DNA of 64,000 nucleotides, taken from Setoptus koraiensis. Its lineage: Eukaryota; Animalia; Arthropoda. The DNA lies in assembly GCA_048013815.1 (NCBI GenBank), contig CM106585.1, positions 3,906,001-3,970,000 on the forward strand. The letters run 5' to 3'. The first letter of the stretch is position 1. Every line of letters starts with the position of its first letter. A program made the translations under genes and the position numbers. The notes under the pieces were generated by a model. The model did no database searches. It worked only from the letters and a program-made list of their open reading frames with translations, and was not told where the DNA came from. Shown piece after piece: positions 1-14,592 of the stretch.

Positions 1-3000
1 GTTGCAACGGCCAAAAGTGTTCAAAAAGCGTTCAGAAAGCGTTCAAAAGTGATGATTATTTTGAATCTCGCGTCATGTCCATTTCGGCGGCTCACTGGCC
101 GAGTTGACTAACGTCGACACTGTTGCTCTTTGGCCCTCATTTGGGCTGCCGTGGCATGCCGGCACAATCTATATGGGCACCATGGCGACGCCAAAACCGT
201 TAGTTGGCAAGCTCAATAAATGGCCAAATAAAAATATTGAGCTTGCCAAGTGAGGGCGAGTAACGGCCAAGCAGCGGCTGTAAGTGTGTATTGGGCGTAA
301 GTGTGTAGTGGCGTTAAAACAAGCGAGCCCCTAGTCAAACACACACAGACACACAAGTGAAAGTGAACTAAAACTAATTCAACAACTATTATTATCTCCA
401 GTTGCCGTTATTGCTTTATATGTGTAATAATATAAAGCAAAATAAAGTGTGTGCGTTATGGCACTGGAACTGGGTCACTCTGTTTGCTGGTAAAACATGC
501 CAAAACGTATGTTAGCACAGTGCAAATGTGCTTATCATCATAACATGTACACACCAACGCCAGTGGTAGCCTAATTTGCCGAGCTCGCAACGCCGAGTCG
601 GCGCAACAGCGAGCGCCATTGCTGCTGGTCTCAATTGAAACGTCGCCGTAATGCAACACTGATAATTGACAATAGACAACTCGTTGTTAGTGCTGCTCGC
701 TAGTCGCTAGTCTCAGCTGTGACGCGAGCCGCCGTTATCGTGGCGCCAGCTATTGGGGCCACCAATCTAGCGATCGAATCTAGCGATGGGCCCGGCGAAA
801 GTGCCTGTTGTGGCGGGCGAAAGCGCGGTGCGCGCCGCACCGCGCCGCATCCCGTTCGCGCTCGCCCGCCACAACAGTTAGCCGACGTTGGCCATATCAT
901 ATGAGTCACTGTTGCACTGGGCATGCTGGCTGGATGCTGGCTGGATGCGTTTGCATGTCGGCTGCCAGCCAGGACCGTTACGTCACATTTGCTGAGCGAC
1001 TCGCCGAGCGACTGGCCCGCCATTTCATGCTTGACACCCGCGCCCCTCGCTAGCGCGTCTATCCGGCATCGGGCGCCGCTATGCGCCGTGTGCCGCGCTG
1101 GCCGGCCGACCGCCGAAACACCGAAACAGCTAGACCGATAGAGCTAGACCGATGGAGCCAACTGGCACAAGTGAAGCCTGACAGATTGTGTGCACAGTGT
1201 GTAGACAGCCAGACGGGCATATATGCCGACAGTGTATGGGATGTCTATGGGAGCCTTGATGGCCGTAATCAGCCAGCAACAGTTGAGTTGCACACAATTA
1301 AATGAGCGGCAACGGCAGCGCTCATTTACTGTGAGCTCTTTTACTGTGAGCTAAATTATAACGCCGCCCGTTGTACAGTTAACCCTGTTGCGTTGCCTCG
1401 TTCAATTGTGTTCTAATTGTGTACGGATAATCCAGCGAGTGAGGAATTCGCGAGGAGGAAGTGGAGCCTCGCCTGCGTTTGTGCTCGCATGCGTTTGCGC
1501 TCGCTTACGTTTGTGCGCGGATATTCCGCGAGACGAGTGTGTGTGTGCGGATATTTCGAGGGATGAGTGTGTGCGGATATTCCGAGGGATGAGTGTGTGT
1601 GTGTGCGGATATGTAGAGGATGCGTAGAGGGATGCCGAGGGGATGCGGTGGGCGATGTGCGTTAAAGGCGAGAGATGCGGCGAGGGGCCCGAGAAGACGA
1701 CTAAGCGAGACGCGAGTGCCAAGCGCCCGTCTTGTCCGTCCGCCGTGGCGTCCGTGCGCGCGTTTGTTCGCCGTCTCGCCGTCGCATAATGCGCCGTTCA
1801 GCCACATATCCACGCATCCACATAGCCATATATCCACGCATCCACATAGCCATATACCCATACATCCACAGAGCCGTTTATCCGCAGAGCGAGGGCCGCA
1901 GAGCGAGAGGGCCAGAGCAACGGAGAGCCATACAGCACCAAAACATAGAGCCTCAGATAGACACAATGCGCAACACAACACGTCGAGTGCCGAGTGAAGT
2001 AAATCCGCTGGCGAGCTCGCTGGTGGCATACTTATGGCTCTCGTCTAGTCTAGTGTATGCGGCCTAGCTGCGTTGGCGCTGGCTGGCGGCCCGGCCCGGC
2101 CCGGCGCTGGCGCTCGGAAGGTTGCAACTCGGAAGGTTGCAACTCGCAAGCTTGGAAGGCAGCCAAAAAGTTGAGTCTGCGGCCTGTGTGAGCTGGCACT
2201 TGCAGCTAGTAGCGAACCGAAGCCATTGTGCAAGCCATTATGCAAACTCCGCTGCTCGGCTGCATCCCCCGACTGCATGCATTAGCGCCGACATGCTGTC
2301 AGTGTCTTGCCAAGTCGACTCAAGTCCGACGATCGCTATCGCAAGTTGCGATGCCAGTGCGCCAGTGTGCTTGTGCGTCACTTGAAGTTTGAAATTTAAT
2401 TGAATGAACAGCAATCATTAACGCAACAGCGTTACATAACTGTCTGCTGGCTGCTCACTTGCGAGCCCCAAATGAGCGCTCGCTTGCCTATATGCTCGCT
2501 CAGCTGAGGCCACTAACACACTGTGTGTTGTCGCCAACACTGTCTGTCAGTGTCGGCGGCGGACAGGCCTAGTAGCCGGCCGTCAGAGGTCCGCTAGGCC
2601 CGGTCGCTAGACGCTCGCAAAGTGCGCAAGTACGAGCATAGCGACTCTGCCAGCATACCGAGCCTAGCCTGCGAGCATACCGAGCCTAGCCTGCGAGCAT
2701 ACCGAGCCTAGCGATTCTGCGAGCACAGCGAGCCTAGTGGACCTCCGGTGGCGCCATCTGAGCACTGTCCACTGCATTGTTGTCGGGCGTCGCCGGTTGT
2801 GCCAATTAGATTGTGAGACGCTTAAATCGCAAACTAAACCCACTCTCGGTCCGTCGAGCTGCTCATCGCTTGCCGGCCGGCTGTTGGGTCATCTCTCGCT
2901 TTGGGGATGCCCGCTTCTGGGGTAGCGACTTTCGGGATACTGACTTGTGACTCACAAGTTGTGAGACAGCGACTTTGGTGCTGACTTGTGAGACTTGGGG

Positions 3001-3894
3001 TACGAGCCAACGGTCAGCGGCGGCAAACGTAATAATCCGGGCAGCAAGTGCAAGCGCCAGCGTGAAAGCGAGGGGATGTGACAAGGCAAACTCGTCAATC
3101 AATCGGGCAACGGTGCCAATATAGTGTGTCAATATATTGTTATCAGATATAAACATAGTTGCTGTTGGGGGCCTTTGTTAATGTGTTTTTAATGATGTGT
3201 CGTGTTGTGCCCTTTGTGTCTCTGCCCTCTGTGTCTCTGCCTGGCGTTTGTGTATATCACTGGGTATATCTCTATGCATAACACTGGGTATATCGCTGGG
3301 TGTATCACCGGGTATATCGCTGGCTCGTGTATCTGCTCTGCTGCCAATATCTGGCCCGTATTTCAAATGCAGCCGTTTGTGTGAATCAGCGCGCGCGCGC
3401 TGAATAAACACCAGCTCACGTAAGCGCCACGAAGGACACCCACGCACGCCGGCACTGATTTTGCACAAACTTGCGCAAACTTGCGCAACTTTGCACACTT
3501 ATCCAGTTATACCCTGCAGTTAGCGCATTTATCCATACAAACGATAAGTTACAAACGAGCACAACAGCCCAGAATTAGCCGATGGAGCGCGCGCGCCCGA
3601 TCTAGTCACCGGAAGGCGCGCCGGCGAGCTGCAACGGTCGCTGTCATTATTATTAGTTTTGGCCCCTCGCCTGGCTCTCGTCCGTTGCGTGGCTGTGATT
3701 GATGAGACCCATCAATAGCCGATAGCCCGGCAGAGCGCCACTGGCGGTGTCAGCTCGCAGCGCCCTAATTTATACACAGGCTTGCTTGAATTTTTTATTA
3801 ATTTGGATCCGCGCTCGGGGTCTTGCCCGTCTCCGGCCCGTCGTTGTTTGGCGCCGCTACAGCGGGCCAATGTTTACCGTTGCGATTGTTGTTG

Positions 3895-3990
3895 TTGGCG
3901 TTGTCGTTGCCGCTGTCGTTGCCGCTGTCGTTGCCGCCGTCGGTGCCGCTGTCGTTGCCGCCGTCGGTGCCGCTGTCGTTGCCGCTGTGG
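3895..3990. repeat. 12-bp/24-bp GC-rich minisatellite (GTCGTTGCCGCT)n
   Basis: Direct inspection. It explains several overlapping low-complexity ORFs. Confidence 0.85.
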
Positions 3991-6900
3991 CTGTCCGTGT
4001 TGTTGTTGGTGTCGGTGTCGCAGCGGCGGCCGAGCAGCGCCGACGAGCGCCAACAAATCGCACATACGTTAACTGTCAGCGGCGCTACATGGGTCACACA
4101 CGACATACAACAATGTCATAGTCACACAATAGCAATTTCCTGCCGCCAGCGCCGCCGCTGCAATCAGAAGCTCCCTTCGCGGCGGCACAGATTACGTAAT
4201 GTGATGATTATTATTATTATTATTATCATCACATGAGCAGCCTGCGCACATACGGACACGGCACGACAAGCTGACTAGCAAAAGACAGAGTCTGCCCAAA
4301 CTCAAATTACACACAGTGTGAGCTGGTCAGGCGAGCTCCGCCGATGAATGGTGGCCGGCAAAACTGCAAAACTTGGCAAATCATCCAGGCAGCCAGTCGG
4401 CGCTCGCATGCGCTCTCTAGCGTCTAAATTGGCCTTTTAATCAGCGATAATGATCAACTGACCAGAGAGACACAGATCAAATTAAATTGAATATTTGGTA
4501 AACACACTCGGGCAGCACTAGTGTTGCCCGATAATAATCATTAGCCGTCATTAGTGCGCGTCACTATTGGTATGCGCCTATGCCTTGCGACAGATCGAGT
4601 GTCCGCGCCGATTGTCAAACTGAATGTGCCCACTAATTACAATGGCATGACCAGTGCCAATCGCGATATATCCATCTGGCGATATCTGGCGATATTTGGT
4701 GATATTTGGTGATATCTGGTGATAGCGATACTGTGCCAATATGCTGGCGATACTGTGGCCAATATCAATCAGCGAGCAATCGACTTATCGAGTTATATTA
4801 TTATTTCCAATATTATTATTAGTATTATGTTACTGTGGTGTCCTATTATGATTGAATGCTGTCTTGTCTTTGCTGCATCGACTATGCCGTCCACTATCAG
4901 CTGTTACATCAGCGCGTTGGCTCAAGCAAGACGACGCGGCCCGCCGAGATGGCCATCAACTGACCACATGACCATGCCGCTTACGTGTGTTACATTTGTT
5001 TGCATCGATACTCGCCGTGTCGATACTCGCTGCATCGTCGGCGCGACTTATCCGGCGATTTATCCGCGCCCGCCACCAGGCGGATGGAGGATAAGTGTCG
5101 CGGACAAGCACATTTCGGCATATTTCGCATGGGATAATGCGCGCCATGGCCGGCGCTTGTCCGGCGCTTGTCCGGCGCGAATGTGCGCCCATCTCGGTCG
5201 ACTCGGCCCGCTACAACGTTGACACAAAAGTGCAAAATTGGCCCGACGGCCTGAGCAAACATTCACTTGGCGATAGATGCGGCCCTTAATTAAGTGCTCT
5301 CGCTTTCCCAAGCCAACGCCACACTAGCCAGCGCCATTCGAGCCAGCGCCGTGCGAGCCAACGAGCATATAAACAACGACGACACCGCCAACAAGTAGGC
5401 AAACACACTCGTACCCATGTAAACGCTATCCGGCTACTATGAACTCTCACTTAGTCATAGATCAATTATCTCGTTATTTCACATTTCACGTTATTTCAAT
5501 GGAATATCTGGTGGCATGTACGAGTCTGTACGCAACTGCCATTGCTATTGCTCTATGTGTGTGTTGACCAGTGCAAAAAGAGCGATAGTGGTGTCAATAA
5601 CCGAGTCACGGCTAACCAAACACACGTTTGCACAACTGAAAACTGATGCAGAAATAGAGAATAATAATAATTATGTAACAGCAACAGCTGATGTGTGCGT
5701 ATCACTAACAGGGGACGAGAGCTGGCCGCTTGAAACGGCTATCATCTATTATCTTTATGGCAAGGCAAACAATATGTTGCGCAATATGGCCGTGCCGTGC
5801 CGTGTGTATCATGTGTTGGCGTTGTTGTGCTGCCGATTCAAGTGTGCGCATTCAAGCTGCGGCTTGTGGCGACTGTTACGCAACAAGCTACAAATTGCGT
5901 ACTTGTGACTTGCGACTTGTGACTCGAGTACTTGGGTATTCGTGATGGCGAGGGTATTTCATAGTATTTCGCAAACATAGTGGCACTTGGTCAGGGAGAG
6001 TCCATTTAATTTATCCGCTGTTGCTGCCATTGCCGCCATTGGCGCATAGCTGTACTATGTAGTATGTGCAGCTGTATTTAGTGGTGCGGATGGCGCGGCT
6101 GTTGCGTAACAGAGCAACAAGCGGACCATCCGAAAGCCGATAGCTTATGGCAGCCTAGTGGGCACATACTGCTACAGTATAACGTCAACAAATGTTTTGC
6201 GAGCCATATCGCACACAACATGCGATATCGTTGCGCGCAGTCTTGGGGTCGTGTTTGTTTTGTCCTCTCTTCCAGCTACGAGCTACCAGCTAATCTAATC
6301 TCTCTGTTCTATAGCTTGTTGCATTATTATGTAATAATGGACACACACACAAGATAGTGGACATGAACTATGGGTGCATAAACTTTGCCATGCCACCACC
6401 AATATTGTGTGCGACAATTTTAGTTAGACCATCGCTGCCGCTGCCAAACGAATACATACACAGACACGGCCCAATAGTGCGCTAGATTTGATGTATCGCG
6501 TATTTGTTCAACCGCCACGCCATTGTGCTGGCACTAATAATAATAAAATGCCGTCTGGCTGGCTGGCTGGCTGGACTCATTATTGGATGGATCAGGGATG
6601 TCAGAGCTGCGAGAGATGACGCTCAAAGTCGTCGACGCTTCCATGCAGCGAAACAGTCCAAAAAATAACGAACGATCATGCCGAGCTGAGCCGAGCCGAG
6701 CTGATATTTGAGAGAGACACTATTTGAGAGGCTAGTTGTGCCATTGTGCGCTATTGTGTGGACTCACTACTCTCGCTATCTCGCTATATTTCTAGCTTAT
6801 TCATGTTGCAACAGCCACAACAGCATGCCACTCGCTGGCTAGCCAGCAGCAACTGCAAAGGCCGGCTGCATTATGTAATATTGTGCTGGCTTGCAACACA

Positions 6901-9504
6901 CATAGGCATACAAACACATTCATTGTGTGCATAAGCCAGCTAGTGGAAACGTAAAAACGCCAACAACAACTCATTACATGAGCTTATTGCATAATAGTTG
7001 CCAGTTGTCGTTGTGGTGGCCGACATCAATGAAACAACAGCCAGCCAGTCATGTAACAATTAGTGTGTCTAGGTGCGTTAGTGAGTTTGTTTGGCATCGC
7101 TCGCTCTCTTTGTCACCTTTGCTTTATTGTATTCCTGTGCGCCATCTTATCGGATAAATATATTTGTATGTTTGCGCCCCAATATCGGGCTTCGTCATAT
7201 AGACAGACCATCCGGCAACCACACATAAACAGGCAGACCACATGTAATAGGGCCTGTCATGTGTAGCCGACAAATATAATAGATAATATAATATAGATAG
7301 AAGTTAATGAATGTTGCACCGTTACAGAGTTGCACCGTCCTCGTCCACTGGTCCTCGGCTGCCGAAAGCGCCCTCTATCTGTCTCTATTTGTCGTTATGC
7401 CTCTCATTGGAGGATCGGACAGCACCTAATCTATTTTGCACTCAATGCGCGATATCCGCTGACAACGTGACCATTACGGGCTCATCACTATTATTATCCT
7501 CTCTCTCTCTCTCTCCATGTGTCGAATGCTAATTAGTCTAGCCAGCGATATCTCCTTTCATCCATTACTGTTAGCATTGAGACAGCTGCTTTTTATTGTG
7601 CGATTTTGCTATTTTGCTATGCAACCACAGCGGCCACATACTATTACTATTGCATATGTGGCCAGGCCGGCCAGATTGCGTAAGTGGCATATGTGGCATT
7701 TAGTTGGATGGCAAGCGCAGTCGGCAGTATGGGCATTGCTGTTTGTAGCAGCCCCAAATTGACCCCTCAATTGTGGCTCAATTGTCATGTTGACTGTTGC
7801 GGTGGCGCAAACAAACAAACTGCACAACTGTTAATGCAATTAAACTGCACCGTCCACCACCCATTGGCTGTGTGTCCGTTTGTGCCTGTAGTGCCGTCAC
7901 AAGTTGCATCATACGGTTGCATTGGCATGCTTGGCGTGTGGCTCAATGTGTCGAATGTTGGTTAGCCTAACATTGTTATGTAATAATTGTGAGCTGACTG
8001 GCTCAACAGTGCGCAGCGACGTTCGTTTGTTGGTCTCGGTCATTGATTGCGCCTGGCGCCGATGGGTTGCCTGTTGAGCGCTCTGTTTTGTGCTGTGCGT
8101 CCGTCATGATCCAATGAATGGCTATTTTATTGCAAATAATTGAAGAATTTTCGACAAGGAGATAATAGTTTAAGATAATTGTTTAGCGCGGATAATCCGT
8201 GTTTATCCGTTGTTAGTACTCGTTGTACTGGGTGGAAAGTAAATAGTTAGTTTGCATCTTGCAACAGCCGTGTCTGCCGCGTGTGAATACTCACGGCAGA
8301 CTCGAATTTGCGCGAATATTCACCTATGAACCTACACACAGTAAGAGCTTGTGATGGGCAAGCGCGCTTGTTGTGCGTGTTGCGAGCGGCGAGTCGGTTA
8401 GTGGCGAGTCGATTGGTGGCGAGTCGATTGGTGGATGGCGACACATGTTGTGCGCAGACCAACGTGCTCAACATTGTTTACCGCTCTCCACTGGCGAGTC
8501 TCCACTGGAGAGGGTGTATTCAGCGCACTGCAACACACACACTGTAATACTATTGCAGTGTAATAGTGACCGAATTGTCGCCAGGGCACCAATGGCGACC
8601 ACGGCACAGCCCGCACTGGCGACCATCGCACAGCCCGCACTGGCGACCATCGCACAGATCGGCGCTCGCCGCAATCGCCGGCGCCACGAGAGCGGGCGCC
8701 ACTCGCCTGGGCCGGCCATCGGCCGTTGGGTGTCGCCCGTGGTTTGTTTGTGGGCGCATCGCGGCACGCGCCGGCACATTGCAACAGTTGTGCCGCCGCA
8801 TGCCAGCGCTGGCCGCGGCCGGCAACAAGTACAGCGCCGAGTCGCAAAAAAGCGCTCAACCCAGCCTTACCAGTGCAAAGTTTGCAGTGCGAACTTGGCG
8901 CTGCTAACAAGAGTGAGCCGCTGAAGAATACCTTCGACAGCGCTCACTGTGCCGCACCGTGGCGCCCTGTCCTCGGCCGTGTCCTCGGCTGCGTGCCCCG
9001 CTGTCCTCGGCTCAGCCGAGTCGGCAGTGTGCTCAGTGCGAAGAATTGCGCAGACGGTCGATATCCGTTGCGCACGAAACAATACAGTGTGCAAGCTGCA
9101 AATTGTCGCGCTGCGAATTGCGTGGCCTTTCTAGTTGAGGAATTATAGTTCTGTTGGCCATTATTAGTTCTATTGGCGGACACCCTTCGAGTGGCCACGG
9201 TGTGGCGCTGGCACCGGTGTGTGTGTGTGTGCGCCACACCGCGCTGGTCATTGCGTGCGCCCAGCCCGACGCTCCAATTGTGTCGCCCATCAGCCAGAGC
9301 AGCATTACTGAGGATAATTCGCGATCGACCATTCGATAATTAACAATTAGTGCCGCCAACAATCACTACCCCCAACAATTAGTACCCCTAAAATTGGTAC
9401 CCAGCTCGTAGTCACCTACTAATCAGCCTCTGTGTACCCTCTGCCCCAAATATTCGGCCCAACGACAAATTCGGACACGACAATTCGAATCGGCGACTCC
9501 GAAC

Positions 9505-12258
9505 ATGGCAACTGCGAACATGGCGCCCCAATTGGCACACAACCAACTTGTTACCCCGGACCCTGGCCAAACGCGCCACAACCGTATCGCGCTCAACAAC
9601 CAATCAGGCGTCTACACAATAGTTTGTTCCACGTGCAATGAAAACTTTCATTCTATCTGGCGGCTCGTGGATCATGCACAATCTAGTCACGGATTTAGGA
9701 TATTCTCTAAGATTTACTACGACGACGATGACAGCGACACGGACGAGCTGCACCAGCAACAGCAACAACCGCTCGGTCTTGTCATTGACAGGGGCGGCGG
9801 GCCCCACTCCCTCGATGTTGGCGCCGGTAGCCCCGTCAATATCAACAGCAGCAGCAGCAGCAAAATGAGCAACAGCAACAGTACTAGCAACAGCACCATT
9901 AATAGTACCATTAATAGTGGCACCACTGCAACAGGCAACCACCCAACTAGCAACAACAACAACAACCAAACTAATACCAGCAGCAGCGCCACTAACAAAC
10001 ACACCACTGGCACATTATTCAAGAATAATAATGACAACAACCCATTGTTAAATTTTGTTACAAACCCCAACAACCAGCACTACCATCACACCAACGCTGC
10101 CGATGATGATGATGACGACGACATTGATGACGACGACAGAATGCAGCAAGACGAACAAGAGCAACAACAAACATCTAACACTGCAACATCGCATCAGCGT
10201 CACCAACTTACACAACAACAGCAACAGGCCACCCTAGACCCTGAACAAATGATTATGATGCTCCTCAATCATCATCAATTGCAACAACAGCAACAACATC
10301 TAACAGAGGACCCTCTAGCGGATCCCCGTTCAATGGCAGCGGCCTTCAGTAGTCTTGTGTCCGCTAACGCTGCCGCTGCCAATATTGCGGCGGCCGCCGC
10401 GGCCGCAAACAATCAAAATGCCTGTCTTGTAACAAGTGGCCCGGCTGCGCCCTTCTCCCCATTGTCACCCAACGATAGCCAGCACTTACAACAACTTCAG
10501 CAGCATCAGCATCGCCATCTTATGCAATCTCCTTTAAATCATTTACCGGACAGTGGGCCTATGTCTCCAATGAGTCCAAAGTCTATTTCAAAATCGTGCG
10601 AATTTTGTGGTAAAACATTTAGGTTTAATTCAAATCTAGTAGTTCATCGTAGGTCACATACGGGCGAAAAGCCTTACGAGTGTCACATTTGTCGACACGC
10701 TTGTACTCAGGCCTCAAAACTTAAGAGGCACATGAAAACTCACACCCGAGCCGAGCATAGCGATCATGCAACATCACAATATATGCAACAGAATGCATTG
10801 TTATTGCAACAACAAGAGCAAAATATTAACATCGCAATGAACAACAACAACAACTCTATTAACCCCAGCAGCCTCCCCGAAGATACAGATTTAAATTCTA
10901 TGAGATTATTAGACGGAAGCGGTCTGAATATGAATCAGCTGTTACAGTTACAACTGCAACCCTTTTATATGCAAATACAGCAGCAGCAACAACAACAACA
11001 GCAGGCCGCCTCGCATCAGCAGCCAATTCAATCACCTGGTTCTACTTTCTCATTAAATGATTTACACAATCAGAGAAGATCATCTCCTCTAGATATTAGG
11101 ATAGGTTCCAATAACAACAACAGCAACAACAACACGAATGGTGGTCACCGTAGTCACAGTCATAGTAGAACTCATAATCATCATCAAGCTAGCGCACCAA
11201 CAACTCCCACGCCAGCGGCCAGTATAGCGGCTGTAACAGCAGTTGCTGCTTCGTTAGACACTAAACCTCTTATTGACAGCAGTCATTTACACAATCATTT
11301 GTTGGCCCCAACAACTAGAGCGGCTAACAGCGGCTCGTTAGCTGCAATGTCGCCAGACAATTTAGTACCGGAAGATCTTACTGTGCACTCTTCATCGCCC
11401 TCGGTAATTAGTTGCAACAATAACAATAATAACAGCAGCAGCAACAACAATTCTATGTCACATCAGATGCAGCAACAACAACAACAGTCTGTTGCAACGC
11501 AACATCGAATTAGAAATTCCTCCTCAACAACACCCAGTCACCAGCATCAATTGTCCACAGCATCGACTACATCCTCGTCCACCAATATTACCTCAACGCC
11601 GCTGACTACTGCCACCACTGACCACCATCATCAGCATCATCATAATAGCAATCAAAGAAGAAAACACCCCAGATTACAAACAACAACTGGCCGTGGTTTG
11701 AGGCACGCGGCAGCGGCGGCCGCTAAAATATCAACTCGTCATTCGACCACAAGTGAGCATGGAAATAATCATACCACAAACGGACATCATACGCCTGGTA
11801 TTAGAGCAACTAGAAATCATCCTCATATTGGCCGTCATCATCATCATAATAATAGCAGTAGTGGCAATAATACCTCGTCTTCTGCCACTACAACACCAAC
11901 GCCCACAGGTAATCATCATCATCATCACAAGGAAACTAGATTGCGTAATGATACTTGCGAATATTGTGGCAAAGTATTTAAGAATTGCTCCAATCTCACT
12001 GTACATAGAAGATCGCATACGGGTGAGAAGCCATACAAATGTGAACTATGCACATACGCTTGCGCTCAAAGTTCTAAATTAACTCGCCACATGAAAACAC
12101 ATGGTCGTGTTGGCAAGGATGCCTATAAATGCCGATTTTGCAATATACCATTTAGTGTAGCATCAACTTTAGAGAAGCACATGAGAAAGTGCGTGATAAA
12201 CAATCAACGCGGCGGAGCTGGACAGCTTCATATGCTTGATGATCATGATGATGATTAA
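9505..12258 (+). CDS. BCL11: BCL11A/BCL11B (CTIP/Chronophage-like) C2H2 zinc-finger transcription factor; upstream exons possible
   Basis: 917-aa ORF with the BCL11 finger layout: single finger [26 protein letters not shown], central pair [49 protein letters not shown], and C-terminal triplet [49 protein letters not shown]...[21 protein letters not shown]. Linkers are poly-Q/N/H/D. PEDLT is a CtBP-like motif. Confidence 0.93.
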   Translation: MATANMAPQLAHNQLVTPDPGQTRHNRIALNNQSGVYTIVCSTCNENFHSIWRLVDHAQSSHGFRIFSKIYYDDDDSDTDELHQQQQQPLGLVIDRGGGPHSLDVGAGSPVNINSSSSSKMSNSNSTSNSTINSTINSGTTATGNHPTSNNNNNQTNTSSSATNKHTTGTLFKNNNDNNPLLNFVTNPNNQHYHHTNAADDDDDDDIDDDDRMQQDEQEQQQTSNTATSHQRHQLTQQQQQATLDPEQMIMMLLNHHQLQQQQQHLTEDPLADPRSMAAAFSSLVSANAAAANIAAAAAAANNQNACLVTSGPAAPFSPLSPNDSQHLQQLQQHQHRHLMQSPLNHLPDSGPMSPMSPKSISKSCEFCGKTFRFNSNLVVHRRSHTGEKPYECHICRHACTQASKLKRHMKTHTRAEHSDHATSQYMQQNALLLQQQEQNINIAMNNNNNSINPSSLPEDTDLNSMRLLDGSGLNMNQLLQLQLQPFYMQIQQQQQQQQQAASHQQPIQSPGSTFSLNDLHNQRRSSPLDIRIGSNNNNSNNNTNGGHRSHSHSRTHNHHQASAPTTPTPAASIAAVTAVAASLDTKPLIDSSHLHNHLLAPTTRAANSGSLAAMSPDNLVPEDLTVHSSSPSVISCNNNNNNSSSNNNSMSHQMQQQQQQSVATQHRIRNSSSTTPSHQHQLSTASTTSSSTNITSTPLTTATTDHHHQHHHNSNQRRKHPRLQTTTGRGLRHAAAAAAKISTRHSTTSEHGNNHTTNGHHTPGIRATRNHPHIGRHHHHNNSSSGNNTSSSATTTPTPTGNHHHHHKETRLRNDTCEYCGKVFKNCSNLTVHRRSHTGEKPYKCELCTYACAQSSKLTRHMKTHGRVGKDAYKCRFCNIPFSVASTLEKHMRKCVINNQRGGAGQLHMLDDHDDD

Positions 12259-14526
12259 TAATATGATGATGTACAAATATCAACGTACTACACACACACA
12301 CACACATAAACACGTCACACCAGGACACACTACACACACACTTACGTAATGAAAATAACTAACTGATTAATTTAGGACATAATTTTTTTGTTTTTGCTCC
12401 CTTGCCCGCCCAAAATAATCAAACAACAACAAATTAATGTTTTGTGTGTGTCTCACTGTCTATCTTTGGAAGCTTGATGATGGTGACAACAACAAGAAAA
12501 AATTAGAGACATTTCTATATGTTGATGATGATCGTTAGAAACGAACAAACAAACAAAAAAGATAGACCAAGACACACACACACACACACACACACCTGTT
12601 CGTATATAAATACATACAAATAAGCAAATCAATAAATCTATATATACTATAAGCATATAAAACACAGCATACACACACACACACACACACTTATAGACCA
12701 CGAACGATGATATAATTATGTATTCAATTATGATAATAGTCATCTAAACACATTATTAACAATAGAGGAATCAATAAAGAGAAGCAATGGTGTACAAGTA
12801 TCAACATCGTTATAAACTGTAGTTATAAAGAAATATAATTGCTCCGTCGTTGTGGCAGCTCGCCGAAACATTCACTTGACCCCTGTACATTGTGTGTGTG
12901 AGTTTGCAGTTTGGCGGCCACTTCCTGTTCTTTCTGGCTCCTTCTCTGCACTCACATGAATTGTCGACTGATACAGGCACAATACCTTGTTGTCATCTTG
13001 TTGATATCTTGTTGTCATTGTGCCCGGTTGGATTGGAATTGTGATTGTTGTTGTTATTAATCACAATTGTCAATTGCAAAGCACAAAGTGGTGCTGTTAG
13101 CAGTGTGTTAGTAGGTGATTGCCGATCGCTGATTAGGTGAGCAAGTGAGACAGAGAAAGCGAGACAAGTGCACAAAAGCGAGGCCACTCAAAGGATTGCT
13201 GGAGTGCCAATTGACTCACATTGTCAGATGGAACAAATGTCGACAAATAAGTATAACAGTACGCGATGGCAGTGGCACTATCACTGAGCTGAATTGTGAG
13301 CTGAACTGAGATTTACATCTCACATCTCGCATCTTGCATCTCGCATCTCGCCTCTCATCTGATCTCGTCTGATCTGGCGCGGTCCGTAGGTAGCTCCGGT
13401 TGCAAATCAATTAGACGCGACATTCGCGTTTGCACGTTGTCTACAATGTGGTTACATTGTGCGCGAGCCTGATAAATGTTGCTCGGCATCACATGCCGTC
13501 GTCTCCCGTTGGTTGGTCTCGTCCTGATAGTATCAGGCTGATACCATTCAAATGAACTATTCAATGAATTGATGATAGAACCTGATTGATATTCTTTCAC
13601 GAAACGCGCACTCGCTCGCAATTAGCATCCTTGCTGTCTTGACATGGCTCTATCCATATCAAATGGTTTATCATGGTTGATCTTGGCCAGGCAAGCGAGT
13701 TTATCGCGAGCGAGCGAGCGAATGAATTCGAGCATCATGGATGGAAACATGAGACAACTAGTTGATGATCGGCGAGCGTCTAACTTGGTGTCGGCGCGCA
13801 GCGAAGCCAGCGAAAGAAAAAGAGGAACTGCAACAGTCGGTGTTGGTCTGGCATCTACTTGTTGTTGCTGTTGTTGCTGTTGCTGTCGGTGTTGCTGTTG
13901 CTGTCGGTGTTGCTGTCGGTGTTGCTGTTGCCGGTGTGTTCAACAAAAGCAGCAACTTGCAGCCAGCAAACGACAGCTCTTAACTCTCTCTCTGTCTAAG
14001 GCTCGCGCAGTCTGTGGCTCGCCGTCTGTGGCTCGCCGTCTGTGGCTCGCCGTGTGCAGTATGTAGGATGCAATTTTCAGTCCAAGGCCAGCAAGCGGAA
14101 CAACAACGACGACAACAACAACTGCAACAACAACTGCAACAACAACAACGACAACAACAACGACGCCAAAAGGCGACGACGACAACAGCAGCGAAAGCGA
14201 CTAAAACGAGTACTCATTGATGATGGCAGTGGCTCAACTTGGCTTCACACTTGCGAGATAAAAGTGTGCAAGTGTTGGCAAACACTGCACACTACACTAA
14301 TATACGTATAGTATGTGTGTAGCTGGCTTAGCATTCGGGGAATAAAACTAGAGATAAAGAGCGCTAAAAAAAGGCATCCACTGCTATCCAGTGGCATGAG
14401 AGAGCGAGAATTTATATTCATTTGATTTAGCTATCTCGCGCTATCAATAGATAAACAAGCCAGCCACTCAGACAGCTAGCTTGCTATCGGGCTAGCTGAC
14501 TGGCTACATTGAAAGTCAGTTTCTAC

Positions 14527-14592
14527 CTGTTGTTGTTGTTGTTGTTGTTGTCGTTGTTGTTGTCGTTGTTGTTGTCGTTGTTGTTGTTGTTG
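14527..14592. repeat. (GTT/GTC)n microsatellite
   Basis: Direct inspection. Confidence 0.9.
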
